Position numbers and translations under genes: made by a program
Assembly: GCF_009914755.1 (NCBI RefSeq)
Contig: NC_060947.1
Length of the DNA stretch: 64,000 bases
Reading direction: 5' to 3' (one strand)
From: the human T2T-CHM13v2.0 reference genome, Homo sapiens
Notes under the pieces: generated by a model
What the model was told of the DNA's origin: nothing
What the model saw: the letters and a program-made list of their open reading frames with translations, nothing else
The model's database searches: none
Part shown: in pieces, positions 10,981 to 24,240 of the stretch
Layout of the letters: every line of letters begins with the position of its first letter
How positions within the stretch are numbered: the stretch's first letter is position 1

Positions 10981-13845
10981 ACTTTCTCTTTTTTTCCCTC
11001 ATTTTGTAGGGATACAATTTGGTGAAAGGCAAGAGATTTCTTAAGCCAAAGCAAGAGTGTCTTCCCTCTCTGTGTTGCATGCATTATGTGCCATGTTTGA
11101 GCTAAAAATCTCAAAATTGGGCAGGCTTCCAATGACCTGTTGGGTCCCTCCCTTTACCATTCATGTGTGTGTTTATGTACATAATTTTGTGGAGGGGTTT
11201 TTTTAAACCTTAGTAACATCTGCACTCACTCTGTGTTCTTATACATTTACAGTGTTTCTGCTGAGAGGAGGGAAGATGCAAAGGTGGTCTCTTTTACTTA
11301 ATTTAGCATGTGGTTTGAACAGAAGGAAAAATAAAAAGTGATGGGGCTTGTGTGCAACCCTGATGATATTTTATGGAGCTGTCTGTCTTCTCTCTGAGAT
11401 CAAACAGGACTACAACTTTGTTAATTGACCACTGGCTCCCTTGGCAAAAGTAGGGCTTCTTATATTCCAGCAAGCAGCACAATAATATGACAAAAATTTA
11501 TTCTTGGGAGTTGGGTTCTAAGAGAGTGCATGCCAGAATTAGAGTTTGGGGTTTAGAGAAATTATCCAGATGCCAAAAGAACATTTTAATTTTTCTCTTG
11601 GTAATTTGTTCTGGTCTCCATAGTAGGTAGTATTTTAGTAGTGCTTTGATATTGACAAGTCTTGCTCCCTTTCTCTATTAGATTTTTCAAAATAAGGCAT
11701 TTTATTAATTCCTCTTTCCTTCTCCTCTCTCCTCTCAGTTATCAAGCATTTTTATGACTATCTTACAAGCAACAGTTTGTCTTGTAAAGCAGAATTTTCC
11801 TTTGAAACCAAGACAGATTATTTCTGCCCATAGGCTTCAGGAACCAATATTTTGGCAAGAAGCATCTTTTCTTTGTGGTCAGCAAATAGGTGGTGAGTTC
11901 TGTCTGGATCCCAACAATCAACACCTGAGGACCAAATAGCCACACTGGGTGGCACCCCATTCGGAAGTATACACAGGAAGTAGCCCTCTTGCTTGTTCAC
12001 AGCTCAAGTCAGCCAAAGATTAACACTGGTGAGAGATATTTTCAAAGAAGTTTGCAGGCTTCCAATTGCAGGGTCATTTTGGGGTGCTTTCTTGCCTGTA
12101 CTAATTTTATCTCATCAAGCTTCCATTCTTTGAGCTGTAAACTTTGAAATAATATACTGGATTTGCTGGTACGTTTAATTTTCTTTGTTAAGTGTTTTCA
12201 TTCCCATAGTAATTTTTCATCTAGTGTACATATATGCATTTAAAACAAAAATTCTTTGGTCTCCTTATGCGTATATGCACTGCGGCTTGTACACGTACAA
12301 GCTACTTGGTGGGATTATGTGAACTGGAGTTAGAAATGTGGACAATTTTATTATGATTATTTTTAATGGTGATATCAAGATCACCAGTTTCATTCGGAAC
12401 CTTGCATAAGCAGGGAGCAGAATGCGGACTGGGTGTGGCAAAGCAAGGGCTTATTTTATAGCCAAACCTGAAATCACAACTCTGAAAAATAAAAAAAAAA
12501 AAAACCAAACAAAAAAATCAAGTTTTGTGAGCTTGGTCAGAGAAGGAAAAGGAAATCTCTCCCTACCCCCCACCTCCACCATTTTCTCTTTGTCTGCAGC
12601 TTCCTCAAGTGCTGCCTGTCCCCGATTTTCTTTTATTCCACTCCTTTCATGTTTTTGACATTGAAATACAGACTCTTCTTTCCACTTCTCAGGGTATTTT
12701 TCTTATTACACCTGTGGCATGCTCCTAAAGAATTTCTTTTTTAAAAAAAATCTGTAGAGTAGTAGATTAGATTAACCCCAGTATCTCTCCCTTAAGACTA
12801 GATGACATGAGGGGATTGCAAAATGAATAGCTGGGTTTTTTTTTTTTTTTTTTTTTTTACCTTGAGGTTAAAGCCTGGTTCAACAGTTGCTGAGAGAGTT
12901 AACTAGATTGCTTGAGGACTTGGCAATTTCATAAAGTATTTTGTCTTATGCTGTCTCTGTCTCTGTCTTGATCTCTGTCTCTCTCTGTCTACTGTAATGT
13001 TGGCTACTTTCTCTCAGAGCCTGAGAGACAGCTCTGAGACACTTCCCAGGTCTGTTCGGTTCAGACCTCAGTAGCTGGATCACAAGCAGTACCCAATATG
13101 CATATGAGGGTGCGTGCTGCAAGTGTCCGGCTGGGCTAATCTGCTTAAGCTTCATAAAAATTAATCATTTGAAAACAAAGAAAGATATTAAAGAAATTAT
13201 TCTATCTCCGACTTCCCCTATCAGCATTCCATCAAGTTCTGGGATGTTAAATTCAGAGAAAGTTAACCTTATCTTAAACACAAAGTTGACTTTTAAACAA
13301 AATTGCTTATAAAGTTCTGTACAGTTACCAGCATTGGTTGCCCTTTGTCGTACGGAAGAGAATTATGAAATCTCATATTTACATAGCATTCTTCCAAAAA
13401 AAGAGACGGTGTTTTCCAGTTTATTCACTGCATTCGTGTAAGTGTGAGTAGGCCAGGAGGGGTGCTTAGTGATTACCCTTTTGCTAGGTAACAAAGTAGA
13501 AAGTTAGATTTTCTATGATATTTGTTTACCACGTAGGGGAACCTCTCTAGAGCAATACTCCCAAGCTTTTTCTTCTTGAAATTTCCCACCTGACAGATAA
13601 TACTTTAGATTGTTGCTCTTAAGGACTTCTCTCAGTAGCTGCTACATAGAGATGATTGTCCGTGAATTATTGCTTGCACACTCATGGGTGATGCTACTCC
13701 CTCTCTCTCATGGCAATTCTTGCTGCCAACCTGCAGGCCACACCAGGATTGAGGGCAGCTCATCTCGATAAATTTATAGCATTAAAGTGCTGGGTCATTT
13801 GAGAATGTTGTCAATTTAGGTTACTTAGTACCTAAGTTTTATTCT

Positions 13846-15745
13846 TTAAATAACAGCTTTATTGAGACGTAATTTACAATCCATACAATTCACTCATCTA
13901 AAGTGTACAGTTTCATGCTTTTTAGAATATTCAGAGTTGTGCAACCATTATTGCAATCAATTTTAGAACATTTTAATCACCCCCAAAGGAAACCCTATGC
14001 ACCTTTGTGTTCATCCCCCTATATTCCCTCAGTCCTTAGCAACCAATAATCTACTTCTATCTATGGATGTGCTTATTCTAACATTTTGTATGAATGAAAT
14101 CATGTAATATGTGGTCTTTTGTGACTAGCTTCTTTCACATAAAATATGTTTTCAAGGTCATCCATGTTGAAGCACATATCAGTACTTCACTATTTTTTAT
14201 AGCCTAATAATGTTCCACTATATGGATATACCACATTCTATCTATCCATTTATCAGGTGATGAGCATTACGGTTGTTTCCACCTTTTGGCTATTATGAAT
14301 AATACTGCTGTGAACATTCACGTGCAAGTTTATTGTGGACATATTCAGTCCACATATTTTGGACATTTTCAGTTCTTTTGGATACATACATAGGATTGAA
14401 ATCTCTGAGTCATATGATACCTCTGTGTTTATCCTTTTGAAGAACTGTCAAACTGTTTTCTAAAGTGTCTGCACTGTTTTACAATCCCATCAGCAACCTA
14501 TGGGGGTCCATTTCTTCCACATCCTTGCCAACACTTGTTATTCTCTGTCTTTTTCATTATAGCTATATTAGTGGGTGTGAAGTGGTACCTCATTGTGGCT
14601 TTTATTTCCATTTCCCTAATAACAAATAATGTTCAGTATCCATGTTCTTATTGGCCATTTGTATATCTTCTTTTTTGAGAAATATCTATTTGGATCCTTT
14701 GCTCAGTTTTTAGTTGGGTTTTTTATTATTGAGTTTTAAGATTTTTAAAAAATATATTCTGGATACATGTCCTTTAATAGATTGTGATTTGTAGATATTT
14801 TTTCACATTCTGTGAGTTGTCTTTTTTACTTTCCTTTTTTTTCTTTTTACGTTCTTAATGGTATCTAGATTGAAGCACAAAAATGTTTTTAAGTTTGATG
14901 AAGTCCAATTCATCTATTTATTTTCTGTTTTGGCTTATGATTTTGGCGTCGTATCTAAGAAGTCTTTGCCTAATCCAAGATCACAAAGATTTACATATGT
15001 TTCCTTCTAAGAGTTTTATAGTTTTCGCTATTTACATTTAGGTCTTTCATCAGTTTTGATGTAATGTTTATATATGACTGAGGTAGGGGTCCAACTTCAT
15101 TCTTTTGCATGTAGATATTCAGTTCTCACAATATTGTTGTTGAATCTTTCCTCACTTAACTGTCTTGGCACCCTTTGTGTAAAATCAGTTGACCGTAAAT
15201 GTGAGGGTTTAATTGTGGACTCTCAACTATATTCAGTTGATCTATATGTTTATTCCTATGCCGGTACCACGTTATCTTGATTATTGTAGGTTTTTAGTGA
15301 GTTTTGAAATTAGGAATTTTGAACTCTTCAACTTTGGTCTTCTTTTTCAAGATTGCTTTGGCTCTTGTGGGTCCCTTGAATTTTCAAATGAATTGGGATA
15401 AGCTTGTCAATTTCTACGAAGAAGTCAGCTAGGATTCTCACAGGAACTATATTAAATCTGTAAACCAATTTGGGGAGCATTGTCATCTCAACAACGTTAA
15501 GTTATTTTCATCCATAAATATGCGATGTCTTCCCATTTATTTAGGTCTTCCTTTTGTCAACAATTTTTATTGTTTTCAGATTATAAGTTTTGCAGTTCTT
15601 TTTAAAATTTATTCCTAAGTGATTTATTTTTTGATACTATAAATTGAACTGTCTTATTGATTTTATTTTCAGATTATTCGCTGCCAATGTATGGAAATAT
15701 AATTGTTTTGTATATTGATCTTGTATCCTGCAACCTTGCTGAAAA
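13846..15745 (-). mobile_element. Old L1M (L1MB/MC-like) 3' fragment, antisense to AR
   Basis: CAGCTTTATTGAG..., CCACCTTTTGGCTATTATGAATAATACTGCTGTGAACATTC and TATTGATCTTGTATCCTGCAACCTTGCTGAA are reverse-complement L1 3'UTR/ORF2 signatures. Confidence 0.9.
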
Positions 15746-16435
15746 TACCTGAGTTTTGAATGCTTCTGGGACTTATGGGGAAGAGGGCTTCTGCTGCTGC
15801 ACTGAAAGTTAAAGCTTACTTCATTTCATCCTGTATGAAGGCTGCATGGGGACATTCTTCTCAGTTTTACTCAGCTATAAATTCGAACTGGTAATCCCAT
15901 CCCCTTTCGGGATGAATAGGAGAGTGTTTTTAAATGTTCATCTCTTTAGAGAACAGCAGGAAAGAAGCCTAGTAAGGTTTGGGTAGTTTATAATCCCTTT
16001 TTTAGAATTTGGATTTGGGAACTATTAGCAAGGCAGTGAGTAATAATAATAATTTCTATATAGAAAACTAACATGTAGAGGTGACAAATGAAATCACTAG
16101 CTATATTAGGCTTATGTTTAGGTTATCGTAAGCAGCTAAAATCATAATTTTATGTTTTTATATGTTGTCCTTTGGACAAAGTAAATTCCAGTACTCCTTC
16201 TGATGTGCATTTCTAGATGGGGAAAGGATTCATTTACTCTCATATAATTTAAGCTTCTTTTTAGGGATGTACTCCATAGCCATGAAGCAAAGATAAAATT
16301 CATCTATACACAGACTGAACTTTGTCTTCATTAACACTCTAGGCTAAGGGTCATAGCTAATCAGCTACAACTGTAATGTCCTGATAATTGTGAATTAACT
16401 GCAGGGCACCCAGCAAAAGGTTTAGTTATAATCTA

Positions 16436-16767
<332 letters not shown>

Positions 16768-16903
16768 GAATCTATCAATCAACCACTTTTCATTAAGCAC
16801 CTGCTATGTGCCCAGCATGTGCTAGGAAGAGATAAGGTGAAAGGGGACACAATTCAGACAGAATCTTCTTGAGGTAACTGCTTACGAGGAGCTTATAGCC
16901 ACT

Positions 16904-16946
16904 AAAAACAAAAACAAACAAAAACCAAACAACCAAAAACCAAACA
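16904..16946 (+). repeat. (CAAA/CAAAA)n simple repeat
   Basis: Read directly. Confidence 0.85.
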
Positions 16947-18333
16947 GAAATGCAGTATCATCATGCCATGATGCCTGTATGAGATCCTGGATTGTACGGT
17001 ATGGATTTCTTAAAATGTAGATATTTTAAAAAAAAAGAGGAATGAATCAATAGAGGCTGAAGTGGTCAGCAATGTTACCTGTGGCTGCTTTTAATCCTTC
17101 GTGGAAGTAAGTAGGAGCATGTCTAAACTCAAGCAATAGATTAAAGATCTTGATGTATATTTTAAATAACAGAAGTTAGTACCACTGGAAAGAATGAACT
17201 GGAGGAATGGGTTGAAATCTATTTCTGCTTATTCAATAGTGCACCCCAGTCAAGTTAGTTGCCAATTTCTTCTTCAGTTTCTTTGGCTATATCATTGCAC
17301 TTGGTGGGTACATGTTTATGATGTCTTTATCTGAACAAGTCAGCAATAATATGAGTAATAAATTAAAATTGAAGGTGATTAATGGCTCTGAATTTGACAT
17401 AAGAGTTGTTTTCCTGCCTTCTAAGTTTCCATTGATCCTGATGAATTGCACAAACCAAACAATTCGGGGAGTAAGGGGGCACATGATGATCTTATAAGAG
17501 CTTTGCTGTATTAGACAACGTAACATTCTGAAATGGCCTACCACCTAACATGGGCTCTGTTCTCTGCAGGTTGAGTAGGTTCCTTGCTTGTGGAACTGTA
17601 GTCCCGCTATTTGGCCGCTAGGGGGACTGCAAGTGCCCCGTGGCAGGATTTCCCTGGGAATGGTGAGCCTCCATTGATGGTTTCAACACACAGCCAAGGC
17701 CCTATCGCAGGATAACTTGAACCAGAACTGCCTAGCACCAGACAATAAATAAGCTACTATGGTACTTACTGTTTCATTTGGGATGTTGTTTCTCGAAGTG
17801 GCAAGCATTTTTTAGTAATATTTTGACTTTTTAATACCTTTCTTTGCATATGGAGCAGAAAACAGTGACACTGGATATATTCAAGTAGCACTGTCCAGTT
17901 TATAGAGAAGTTTCATATTCCATTATTGCATTTCATTCTTGTTTCTACCTTTTACAAGTAACTAGAGTTTGGAGTATTATAATAGTATTCATACTATTAC
18001 AGTACTATTATTCCCATTATAAAAATTGTGCAAAGAGTGGTTAAGTTACATGTTTACAATCAAACAGCTTCAAAGTGACTGATCTGGAATTTCAGTCCCA
18101 TTCTTTCTTCTCCAGATCATGTGTTCCCTGCTTTTATCTCACAGCTCTTTTTACCTTATAGATGGGAAACATGAGAGTCAGAGAGGCAAAAGAACCACAA
18201 GTGGTATCAATACTAGAAATTTATGAATTTCTTAAGGCTTCTAGGTTTGTTACCCATCCACCAGACTGATGGATTTGGTTGTGTGAGAGTTCTGGGTGCC
18301 AATAACCTTGCCATTCTACTTTACAGACTGCAT

Positions 18334-19300
18334 ATATTCAATAAATGCTTATTAAGCATCTACTATATGCCAAATTCTGTACTAGGCACCAATGATGTAG
18401 TGGTGAACAGAACAGACAAAAATCTCTTCGTGGAGCAGACAGTTTAATGAGAGGAGACATGTAGTGTACATCTGAGCATGAAAAGTGCCATGCAGAATAA
18501 CTTCACAGAGTGTAGGGTATAGAGATTGATGGTGAGAGGGAATATTTTATATTTGCTGGCCAGGGAAAACCTTACTGGAAAAGTAAATTTTGAGTAGTGA
18601 CCTGAAGGAAATTAGGAAATGAGCTGCTATTTGGACATCTGGAGTTAGAATATTCCAGGCCCAGGGAACCACAGGCGCAAAGGGCCTGAGGCAGGAGCAC
18701 ACTTGCTGTGATGGAGGACAAAGAGGCCCATATGGCTGGTTTAAATAAGTGAAGGATGGTAGACAATGAGATCAGAGTTAATGAGGTTGCATGGTAGGTC
18801 TTCCTTAGGACTTTGAATTTTACTCCTAAGCAGGTTGTATTGGACGGTTTTGAGCAGGGTAACATGACCTGACTTACATTTTAACAGGCTCCCTCCTCTT
18901 CATAACATCTGTCACTCTGATATATTATACGTTTGTTTGTTTACTTACTGTATGTGGGGGGAAGAGACTGTGGGAGCAAGGGGGGAAGCAGGGAAACAAG
19001 TACACTGCAGTGATCTGGGTGAGAGGTGACCGTGTCTCAGACTAAGGTGGTATTGGTGGAGAAGGTAGGAAGTGGCTGAATTCTGGATGAGTTTTGATGG
19101 TATAGCCAACAGCATTTACTGACAGATTGGATATTCACTGTGAAAAAAATAGAGATGAGGATGATTGCCAAGTTTTTGGTCTGAGTAACTGGAAAAATGA
19201 GATTGCCATTTACTGAAATGGTGAAGACTGTATGTAGAGCAGGTGCATGGGCAGGGTAGAAATCAAGAGTTTGATTTTTGACTTATAAAGTTTGAATTAT
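18334..19300 (-). mobile_element. L2 LINE fragment
   Basis: ATTCAATAAATGCTTATTAAGCATCTACTATATGCCA...TAGGCAC, then GGTTTTGAGCAGGG..ACATGACCTGACTTACATTTTAA and TTTTTGGTCTGAGTAACTGG, all typical of antisense L2. Confidence 0.8.
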
Positions 19301-20089
19301 CTGATGAACATCCTGATGGCTTCTTCTCAGTTAGTTCTCATGCAGTGCCTTCAGCTTTGCTGTTCTTCAAGAAAATTAAAAAGGAACTTAGAGATCGCCT
19401 AGGCTGTAGGTACCCTCTCCCCTCTTTCCTTTTACTTTATAGAGGTCTATAGAAGGGTAGGGACTTATCCAAGGTGAAACAGTGAGCTGGCGACAGAACT
19501 AGGGCACAAACCCAGTTCTCTTGAATTCTGAATCAGTAGATTTTCTTTTTTTAGTGTGATTCTGAGGACTCATTTGGGCAAGAGTGAGTTTTTTGTTATT
19601 GTTTTTTGTTTGTTTCTTTGCCCAAACCTAAAACCAGGTAATTAAACTAAATAGTGAATAAAACTGGGAAACTATACAAATTGGTTGCTCTCCCCAATCA
19701 CACTGAAATATTATTATTTTTACTGAACCACATACCAAAATATTTTTCCTGTAAAAACACAGTAAGTGAACTTTTAAAGGCAATTGAGCTTTTAACAAAG
19801 CTAGAATCTACAGAGGACCTGGACAGAAATGGCCTTAAATCCTAGGAAATTAGAGTTCATGGAACCTGGGAGACCATCTTGTCCAGCTAGCTCATTTTAT
19901 GGGTGAGGTGCCTGAGGCACCAAGATGGAAAGGGACCTGGCTAAGCTCATACAGCAAGCTAGTGCCTGAGCCTAGTCAGAGCCTGTTTTAAGGGTTAGTC
20001 GTATGTTGTTTTCTTGAAAAAAGTTACATTGGAAAAGTGAAAATTCTTTGGTCCATACTGAGAACAAAGAATTATACATAATCATATAT

Positions 20090-20300
20090 AATAATAATGA
20101 TAGCACTTCCTGAATGTTTGCTGTGTAAACTTTGGCACCTTGCATGAATTGATTCATTTAATTCTCATGTCAACTTTAGGAAGCAGGCCTAGAGAGGTTA
20201 AGGAACATGTCCAAGGGTCACACAGCTAGGAAGTAGCAGAACTTGTGTGCACTCCCAGGAAGTCTGGCTTCTAACCACAAGGTTCTAACTACTGTGCAAT
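20090..20300 (-). mobile_element. MIR SINE (one of many; other likely MIRs near 3700, 19900, 20700, 24600, 25150, 27400, 28750, 34800, 40400, 40900, 43500, 48900, 49550, 52250, 59850, 63700)
   Basis: MIR core-like AGAGAGGTTAAG..ACATGTCCAAGG.TCACACAGCTAGGAAGTAGCAGA; the other positions are approximate, by the same motif on either strand. Confidence 0.7.
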
Positions 20301-23164
20301 ACCAGGAGCTTCTCAGATTACCCTTCACCTTTACCAACCCAAATGACTGGTGACGTAGGTGACTTCATTATGCTCTGCCCCTATTATAGTCCACTGATCC
20401 TCACCAAATAGGTGGGTGGCCTAGAGGTTAAAGTAGAGGCAGAGTGATGGAAAGGGGTGGTTAGAAGAAGTTGATGACTCATGATAGGGATTGGAAAACA
20501 GGACTACAGGAATTATTGAAAAGGGCCTAGAGATCCCAAGGAGGTTGATCTCCGACTGCTACAAACCTGGGCAATTCAATGCCTGCTTAAATAGGAGAGT
20601 TAAGATAAGAAAAATAAAATTGCCAATTTTTACAGTCAGACATTGTTTTATTTATTTTACATGTATTAATTCATTTAATCCTCAAAATACTCCATGAGGT
20701 AGCTACAATTATCATTTCTATGTTGTAGATGAAGAAACAGGCACAGAGCAATTAAATAACATGCACAAGATTAGAGAACAAGTAAGTGGAAGTGCCAATA
20801 TTAGAATCTAGGTAGTTCAGCTCCACAACTTATGTTATTTTCCACTATATTTATGGAATGAGGTAATTTTCTTATAACAGAAAGTTTTTAAAATGCAAAA
20901 ACATTGTGCCTGAACTTCAAACACTGAACAACTCATATCCTTAATATGCACCAGTTTCTTTTAAGCACTCTTAGAAGGAAGGATACTTAACCTAATGTCA
21001 CATGGTGAGTAAGTAGCAGAACCGGAACTTGAATTTGAGACTCCGGACTGCCAGACCTCTTTCCACTCTATCACTTGGGCTCCCTTCTAACATTGACTTG
21101 TCTCCCTCCATTCCTCCTCCGTATTGTTCTGCCCTTCACCTTTTAATTACCTGTCTCCATCAACAAGATTGGACAGAGAATTGGGAGAGTGAGCAGAGTC
21201 CATTTCCTTCCAGAGACTGGACAAAAGGAACAAAATGTTAGGAAAAAATGTCAGCATGTGGGATTTGTGGGATTTACACTAAATAAGAAGGGACACTTCC
21301 CAGGACTGACAAGATGCTACCTCCGTCCCTCTAGGCCCCAATGTGTTGTGCAGGATCCCATAGGAAGTCATGAATGTGGTTGTCAGATAACCTTTTTGTT
21401 ACTGTGGAAATGGAAGCAGGCTACTGCAAAAATCTGTCTCTCCAGGTTTTCTTTTAAAGAAGGTAGTCTTGCTAAATGATAACTATTTCAGCATTTATTT
21501 GAAAATGGGCAGTGCAGGAGAGAAAGAATTTTTCCAAGCTTGTCACATTGGGCCACCTCTCTGAAGCATTGTCCAACTTCTAATTAGATGAGGAGACTGC
21601 ATAAACCAAGAGTTGAGAGTAAAGATGGAAACACTTGATGTTTGGTGTTTGGGTGCAGAAAGGATTCCAGAACATGTTTTGGGTCTCTTTACTCTGTCCA
21701 TCCCTCCTTCCCTTTCATCTTTGTTTAAAAACCACAGTTAGCAAATGTGTAGTCTGTTTGCAATTGTTCATCTGAAAAATTTGTTTGATCAGCCTTTTGA
21801 ATAAAAAAGACCAAATTAGACTGAGATATTTCAGTCACCAACTATCTAATAATAGACCAAAAATTTTAACCATGCTCATACTTTCATATGGTATGTAGTT
21901 TGCTTTAGACATTTTCTGGGCTTCAGTGAGGTGCTAGATTGACTCAAAATATGGCAGGTCAGATGTGGGATTGAGCAGGGTGGACTCTTCTCTACCCTTC
22001 CCAATTCAGAGTTCCCCATCAAAGATGATCTCATAGTGTTTGAAAAACCAAGCTGAAGGCTTTGGGAATTAGGGTGCTGAAGGGATATGCTGTTTCCCAA
22101 AGCCTTCTCAGTCATTCCTTCTCCCCCCAGTTCAGATTCTTAACACCTCTTTCCAGGATTAGTGCAGTGATCCCACGTCCTTTCTCTCTAGCTCTCTCTG
22201 CTACTCTCTAATTCCTATTGTATTTGTGCCACCAGATCTTTCCAAAGTTTAGCTCCAATCTTGTCTGTATACTGCTTTAAATGTCTATTAGTCTTTAAGC
22301 TCCTTAAGGGTGGGAGTCCTGTCTTATTTTTTCCCTATTCTTCGTGCTTAATGCAAAGGAAGCCTTGCTGTATAGTTGTGTAATGCATGATTACAATTTC
22401 AGCTTCTCCCCATTGGCTTATGGGTTAAAGTCCAAATTATTTAAATCTGGTGTTCAAGTCCTTTTATGATCTGCTTATTTTTCCAGCCTGAATTCCTGGA
22501 GTTCCCTTACAAAACTCTTAAAACCCAGCCAAAAGGATCTAGTCACTGTCACTTTAAACCATCCTCACTCTCTTGTTTTTTGAACATGTTATTTTTCTTA
22601 TAATCCCTTTGACCTTGAAGGCTATCCCAATTTCAATACTATCCATTCTTCTATGACAGCCCCCTACAAAATGAATATTCTCAACCTCCCAACCCAAGGA
22701 GAAGTGATCTATATGACACAATATGGTTGAAAGAATGTTGGCTTCACTTCTTTATCTGTAAACCAGGGGCTAGAAATCTCTAGTTTATAAGATTTTGTGG
22801 AGAGGGGATCATATGTGATTATGGATGTTAGGCACAAGTCAAGAGTGCATAAGACCTTTTGGATTTATCCCTTTTTTCTTTCTCCATCAATATGGTACTT
22901 AGTCCCTTAAATCAGAAGTACTTGTGTTAATGTCTGATAACGTCCTTCTAAATATACCTCTAAACATCTGTCTCTCTTTAGGGCAAAGGTTGGATATATC
23001 TGCAAAGATTCTCTTTGGATATAAGATATCCACAGCACATAACTTAACAGTGGTGTACACAGTAGGTATTCCATAAGTATTTCTTTATGAAATGATTCAG
23101 AGTCAATAGTAGTAAGTAACTGCCAAAAACAACTGATGGATTGTAAGTTCCATTAACATAAATA

Positions 23165-23492
23165 CAGTCAGCCCTCCATATCCATGGATTCCATATCCAC
23201 AGATTTAAGCAACTGCAGATGGAAAATATATTTTAGAGACACAGTAAAAATAACAATTCGACAGTAAAAAAATACAAATAAAATTATGTAAAACAACTAT
23301 TTACATAACATTGTATTAGCTATTACAAGTAATCTAGATATAAATGAAATATATGGGGGATGTATATAGGTTAAATACAAATATGACACCATTTTATATG
23401 TTTTAGTTAAGGAACATGAATATTTTTGGATTTTGGTATTCATGGGAGTGGGGGAATGGAACCATGCCCCTTCAAATACCAAGGGACTATTA
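23165..23492 (-). mobile_element. MER2-like TcMar-Tigger non-autonomous DNA transposon
   Basis: TA-flanked; termini CAGTCAGCCCTCCATATCC and ATACCAAGGGACTA form degenerate TIRs; internal ACAACTATTTACATA..TGTATTAG..AAGTAATCTAGA. Confidence 0.75.
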
Positions 23493-23762
23493 TATGGGAC
23501 ACAGAATAAAGGAGTTGATTGTCTTGCTCTGTTAAATTCTGGTCAGACACATTTGCAATGTATTGTTCAGCCCCAGTATTCATGGAGCATCTCCTTTTGT
23601 AAAGCATGGAGGAGCTGTGAGAGAGACATGGAGCAGTGAACATAACTATTGTTTCAACGTACCTGAAGGATTATCATGGAATAAAGAAGTTAGATGTTTT
23701 TCTGTAGTACCCCAAAGGGCAAAAGCAATGAGGACAGATTACAGTTCAGTAAACGAAAGAGG

Positions 23763-24097
23763 TTTTTTTTTTTTTTTTTTTTTTTTTTTGAGATGGGAGT
23801 CTTCACTCTTGTCGCCCAGGCTGGAGTGCAATGGCGCAATCTTGGCTCACTGCAACCTCGCCTCCCGGGTTCAAGTGATTCTCCTGCCTTAGCCTCTGGA
23901 GTAGCTGGGATTACAGGTGTATACCACCACTCCTGGGTAATTTTATTTATTATTTATTTATTTCTTTATTTATTTTAGTAGAGACGGAGATTTCATCATG
24001 TTGGCCAAGCTGGTCTCAAACTCCTGACTGCAGGTGATCCGCCTGCCTCGGCCTCCCAAATTGTTGAGATTACAGGCGTGAATCAATGTGCCCAGCC
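23763..24097 (-). mobile_element. Alu (AluS-like), antisense, with a T27 tail and an expanded (TTTA)n linker
   Basis: polyT-GAGATGGGAGTC...CCCAGGCTGGAGTGCAATGG...ATTACAGGCGTGA...CCCAGCC. Confidence 0.97.
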
Positions 24098-24183
24098 TGA
24101 AAGATATTTTCTTAGAATAGCTTCTTTCACCCTTCATCAGAAGTTGTCAACATGGACCATATGAGTTTTGTTTGGTCTATATG

Positions 24184-24190
<7 letters not shown>

Positions 24191-24236
<46 letters not shown>

Positions 24237-24240
24237 TGTG
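24191..24240 (+). repeat. (TG)19 TA (TG)5 microsatellite
   Basis: Counted directly. Confidence 0.95.

Noticed and set aside
17979-17998. 9-bp AT-rich inverted repeat TAATAGTAT-TC-ATACTATTA
   Set aside because: Short and low-complexity; within background for AT-rich DNA.
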